Source of the DNA: Tubiluchus corallicola
Lineage: Eukaryota; Animalia; Priapulida
Assembly (NCBI GenBank): GCA_030141605.1
Contig: JAQGDQ010000272.1
Span: 62,001 to 126,000, forward strand
Direction: 5' to 3'
DNA: 64,000 bases
Translations under genes and position numbers: made by a program
The notes under the pieces: model-generated
What the model was told of the DNA's origin: nothing
The model's input: the letters and a program-made list of their open reading frames with translations, nothing else
Databases searched by the model: none
In this document: positions 60,101 through 64,000 of the stretch, in pieces
Layout: each line of letters opens with the position of its first letter
Numbering within the stretch: the first letter of the stretch is position 1

Positions 60101-63100
60101 TATCTTGAATTTTTAATAATATGTTGTGTATAATGTATTCTCGATTATCTACCTGCTAACTGGCTGTGCTGCACAGTCGCATACCATATTAACTGTCTAC
60201 TACATCATTTAGCTTCCCTCTCTAAAGAAGCTTTATTTGTACCAGTCTTTATAGTAACAGGAATGTAACAAGTAACAGAATTAGCACTACATTTTTTCAA
60301 ATGTGGTGTTTATTCACCACTCACCCACGTCGATCTTAAAGAATCATATACAAAAGTGTCGTATAAACCAACTCCGCCTGCACATTTGGCAATGGGACAG
60401 TTAAAAATGCATTAATTACACTGAATAATAACAATTATTTGTTCCCAGCCATCAAGTGGTACCAGTGACTACATTTACTGCATTATTGGACTTTGTGCTA
60501 AGCTGCATTGATTGCAGGCACACTCTTTCTCTCTCTGCTGTCACAGTAAATAATTTTTAGAAAGAATCGTGCATTTTGACAAACAAGTACTAGCTTCATC
60601 AACTGATTTAAGACGGGAAAGATGGCAGCGAGACAAATTGTTTCCTGTTAGGAAATCTAATTCATTTTCGTCATTTATGGAAACTGTTCCAAACTCACTT
60701 GTGAGTCAGACCCAGCAGAATAAATTAGTCACAACTGACTGTCTCCTGCTTGCACTGGGAACAAATCGATAAGTGTTGATATATGTTGATGCATTGTATG
60801 TTCATTTCGATTAACCGTGCTTTTCAAATATCCGTGCAGGCTCAGCCAGACGTTAGCAATTGAAAGTACACTGTATTGCAGTGTTCCTTCTATGTGTATG
60901 GTACTCGAGAGATACTGATATCTTTGTTACTTTTTCTAAATGGATGTATTGTTACTTTTTCTAAATGCTTGTATTAAATAGTAGATTTGTTTTAAATACA
61001 ATTAGAAAACCAAAGCTTTGCGTTGTGACTGATTCTTTGCTGATTTTACTGACATTCACTTATTTGTACGAGTGATACTACAGCTGTTTCCAGGCCATAT
61101 TGTATTTATTCCCAGTCAATGTTCACATTATATATTATACTATATTATTTATTTAGGCACAAGAGTACAAAACATTAAAAAGCACATAAAGAACACTAAA
61201 TATGTATGCACAAAAAATGTGTATGCACAACATTAGAGTTTCACTAGCGTGCTAGGACCAACAGCCTAATTTCCAAACAGCAAGCTGCTTGCTGGCCTTT
61301 ACTAGAGAAGTGAACAGAAGAAACAGTGAATATAAATAACTATTAAAACAAAATAAAATGTACAAAAGTTGGATATAAAACACACAAAAAAATTAGATAT
61401 AAAACAAAAAAAATCAGATATGAAACACAAAAATCAGATATGGGAAACAAAAAATCAGATATAAAACAAAAAAAATCATAAAACAAAAAAGTCATATATA
61501 AAACACAAAAGGTCAGATAGGAAACATAAAAAATCGGATATAAAGCACAAAAATCAGGTATAAGACATAAAAAATCAGATTAAAACAAAAAAATCAGATA
61601 TAAAGCACACTTAAAATAAACTGATTAAATCAGACCATTGTTGCAAGTAAAAAACGTTAAAATAATAGCTGATTTCAGTACTAGCATGTAAGTAAACACA
61701 TGTTCATTATTCATACGCATAGTAATTTACAGCTTTGCATTTTAACAGACAGTGTTCCTGCTTCCTTTGCCACACTAGGAAACCCAGAACACTGAAACTG
61801 ATTAAAAAAGGGATGCCCATAAACAAGTTGTACGCTTAGTATTAAATAACGAGCAGTCCGAAAAACGTGAGGCACGGGAGAAAGTCCAGTGATGGTGAGC
61901 TTAATGGGAGAAATGGTTGTTCAGTGCTTTGAACCTAAATAAGAGTGAGAACAAATCTCTCTGCCATTTTAAGTTCATAGTGAAAAACACTTTTCAGCCT
62001 GAATATAAATATGAGATGATTCGCTTTTGACAAACAATCAGTTGCTTATCAACAACCAAATAGTGAAATTACGTTCCACGATACCGGATGAGCATTCTAG
62101 AAAATGTTCAGGTTTTAAAAATATTTTAAATTTAAGCCCTTCCTCAGGATGAATAGTTAAGCAGTGTTGACAGCCTTGTTAAAATGTGAGTAAGTCTACA
62201 CTTTGTACTCTTTGGGGCAAAAGTCTATACATCAGTAGTATTTGAACTGAAAAATTGCCCAGAATGTGAAATGATTACAAAATTAGAAAGTGTAAGATGT
62301 TTTTAAACAGATGGTAGTTTTATAGCGTGGCTGTAAATGCACATTACACACCAGTGGTGGCTCGCAGCTAAAATTAGTGAGGTGCTACTTCAGAAAATGT
62401 TTAGTCATTGCTTTAATACTGTATAAAACAAAACAAATGTGTAATTATAATGTTGTAATTGTAATTTTAAACAGACAAACTAATTTAAACATAACCTTGA
62501 CATAACATAAACAAAAAATATTGTTTTCTTACGAATAGCCTAAATTGTCGCAGTTCAAGAATATGCTGATACACGGCTTTTAAGCACGTGACAACTGACA
62601 ACATGCACACTGCGTGAGTGACAGTACTCTTTCTACCTAAGGTGCAGCCTCATCTCGGACATGTACGCATGGCCCTGTGCTGGGCTGTGAAGCAAACAGT
62701 ACCACCCTCACGTGCTCTGGACTGTACAAGTATAAAGAAAGAACTAAAGAAAAAAGATTTATTATATTGAATATTATCGATAATATTGAGTGAAAATAGG
62801 TTGTGCTGCAGTTCCACAGTACCAGTACGCGAGCCGCCACTGGGGACTCATAAAACAATACTGCACTGTTATCATTAATAAATTTGAACATTTAAACACA
62901 CTTTTATTGTGTTGTTTCAGGTTTCAGCTTGGGGTGGATATGTATTTATTATAAACTTAATACCACTGCACGTCTTTGTGCTTTTGCTAATGGGTCGCTT
63001 CTCTGCACGCATTTATGTCGGTAAGATTAGTTTTTTTTTTTGTATTCTGTCGTCTATTTGCAGATTTTACTTTTGATATTAAGATTTTGCAAAGTGTGTT

Positions 63101-63885
63101 TGAAACATGATAAACTTGCTTGTCCTCAGACCCCCAAGAATTGTGAATTTGATGAAAATGTCAGTCTTGCACTCAAATGCAAACTGCTGAATTTAGAATT
63201 CAGTTTTCCTGACTTAAATTGACCTGTAACAGTTAAGTAGTTAAAAAGTTTTAAAAGTTTTAAATTGTAAGGCAGAAAGGTATTTTCATAGGTTTAAGTA
63301 AAATTTTTTGTCATTGCTTATTTATTTTGTCGATAATTTATTAATTGTATCTGATTTGTATAAAATGTTATACATACAAAATTGGTTGGTAATGTTTACA
63401 TATGTTACCAAATGCCATATTGTATTCAAGTTGTATACAATTTTATATAGACATTACCATACCATACCATTATATATATATATATAATTATTGTGCTTTT
63501 GTTAGTACGATGATTTTCTGGTATTATCGTCCCTACTACGTTTGAGCCGTTCCATCCTATGTACAGGATCAATGTGTTTTTTGGTCTCTTTATGTTGTAT
63601 GCTCAATAGACTATGTTTATATATATCACATCATTGGTTCTGTTTTACACTCATCAGCTCAGTAAATAATAAGTACTTAAGGACTACCCTTGCAGCCTTT
63701 TAATAGTATTAGATGTTAGTTATTCGTACAATGACTAATGATTTGATGCTTGAATTGAAAGTGTTTGCTTTTTGTTTGTTTTTCAGCTTATTCTGTTTTC
63801 TACATTGTTGGACTAATTCTCTCTATGCAGATACCATTTGTAGGATTTCAGCCAATCAGAACGAGTGAGCACATGGCAGCAGCAG
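54139..63885 (+). CDS. STT3B: Oligosaccharyltransferase catalytic subunit, STT3B type (5' part, continues beyond the window)
   Basis: Exons 54139-54305, 54682-54790, 57734-57843, 59046-59134, 59557-59645, 59964-60029, 62921-63020, 63787-63885; GT-AG, phases compatible. Translation includes [22 protein letters not shown] (B-type wording), [78 protein letters not shown]. Confidence 0.95.
58357..58616. mobile_element. MITE in STT3B intron 3
   Basis: Perfect 16-bp inverted repeat GGCCTCCGATTTTCCG (58360-58375) / CGGAAAATCGGAGGCC (58598-58613); TGTGCC on both flanks. Confidence 0.8.
61370..61610. repeat. Minisatellite of about 21-bp units in STT3B intron 6
   Basis: About 11 degenerate copies of AAAAAATCAGATATAAAACA. 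Confidence 0.85.
62352..62842. mobile_element. hAT-like MITE in STT3B intron 6
   Basis: Terminal inverted repeat CAGTGGTGGCTCGC / GCGAGCCGCCACTG; no clear target-site duplication. Confidence 0.65.
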
Positions 63886-64000
63886 GTAGGTTTTCTACTC
63901 TCTGATAAAAATCTTTTATCCATTTAGGCACTGTGCAGGTCTCACCACCGACATTGTAAACAGTCAGAAACATTAAGCTCTTGATAATTAATTTGCAAAT

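Noticed and set aside
54139-63885. Functional link between STT3B and the glycosylated receptor
   Set aside because: Adjacency alone; STT3B is a housekeeping gene and no shared regulation is visible.

Overview
AT-rich, intron- and repeat-rich animal (invertebrate-like) genomic DNA. The main content is a direct tandem duplication of a gene with 7 coding exons (copy A CDS 7360..27737, copy B CDS 37546..50530, both + strand). Each splices cleanly by GT-AG rules to 991 aa. The protein is a single-pass receptor guanylyl cyclase. Its ectodomain is not the usual natriuretic-peptide-receptor type but a bacterial PstS-like phosphate-binding protein fold, with the recognisable phosphate-ligand motifs intact. 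It is followed by a TM helix, a pseudokinase (kinase-homology) domain, a coiled coil and an intact GTP-specific class III cyclase. This is a candidate extracellular phosphate-sensing cGMP receptor. A paralogous promoter and non-coding first exon can be seen for both copies (near 60..390 and 31400..31740). The first 8 coding exons of an STT3B-type oligosaccharyltransferase gene start at 54139 and run off the window. Introns and intergenic DNA hold a degenerate CR1-like LINE, other LINE remnants, a solo LTR with a target-site duplication, several MITEs, satellites and a captured reverse-transcribed tRNA-Leu 3' half. All homology calls come from motif recognition by eye; no searches were run.
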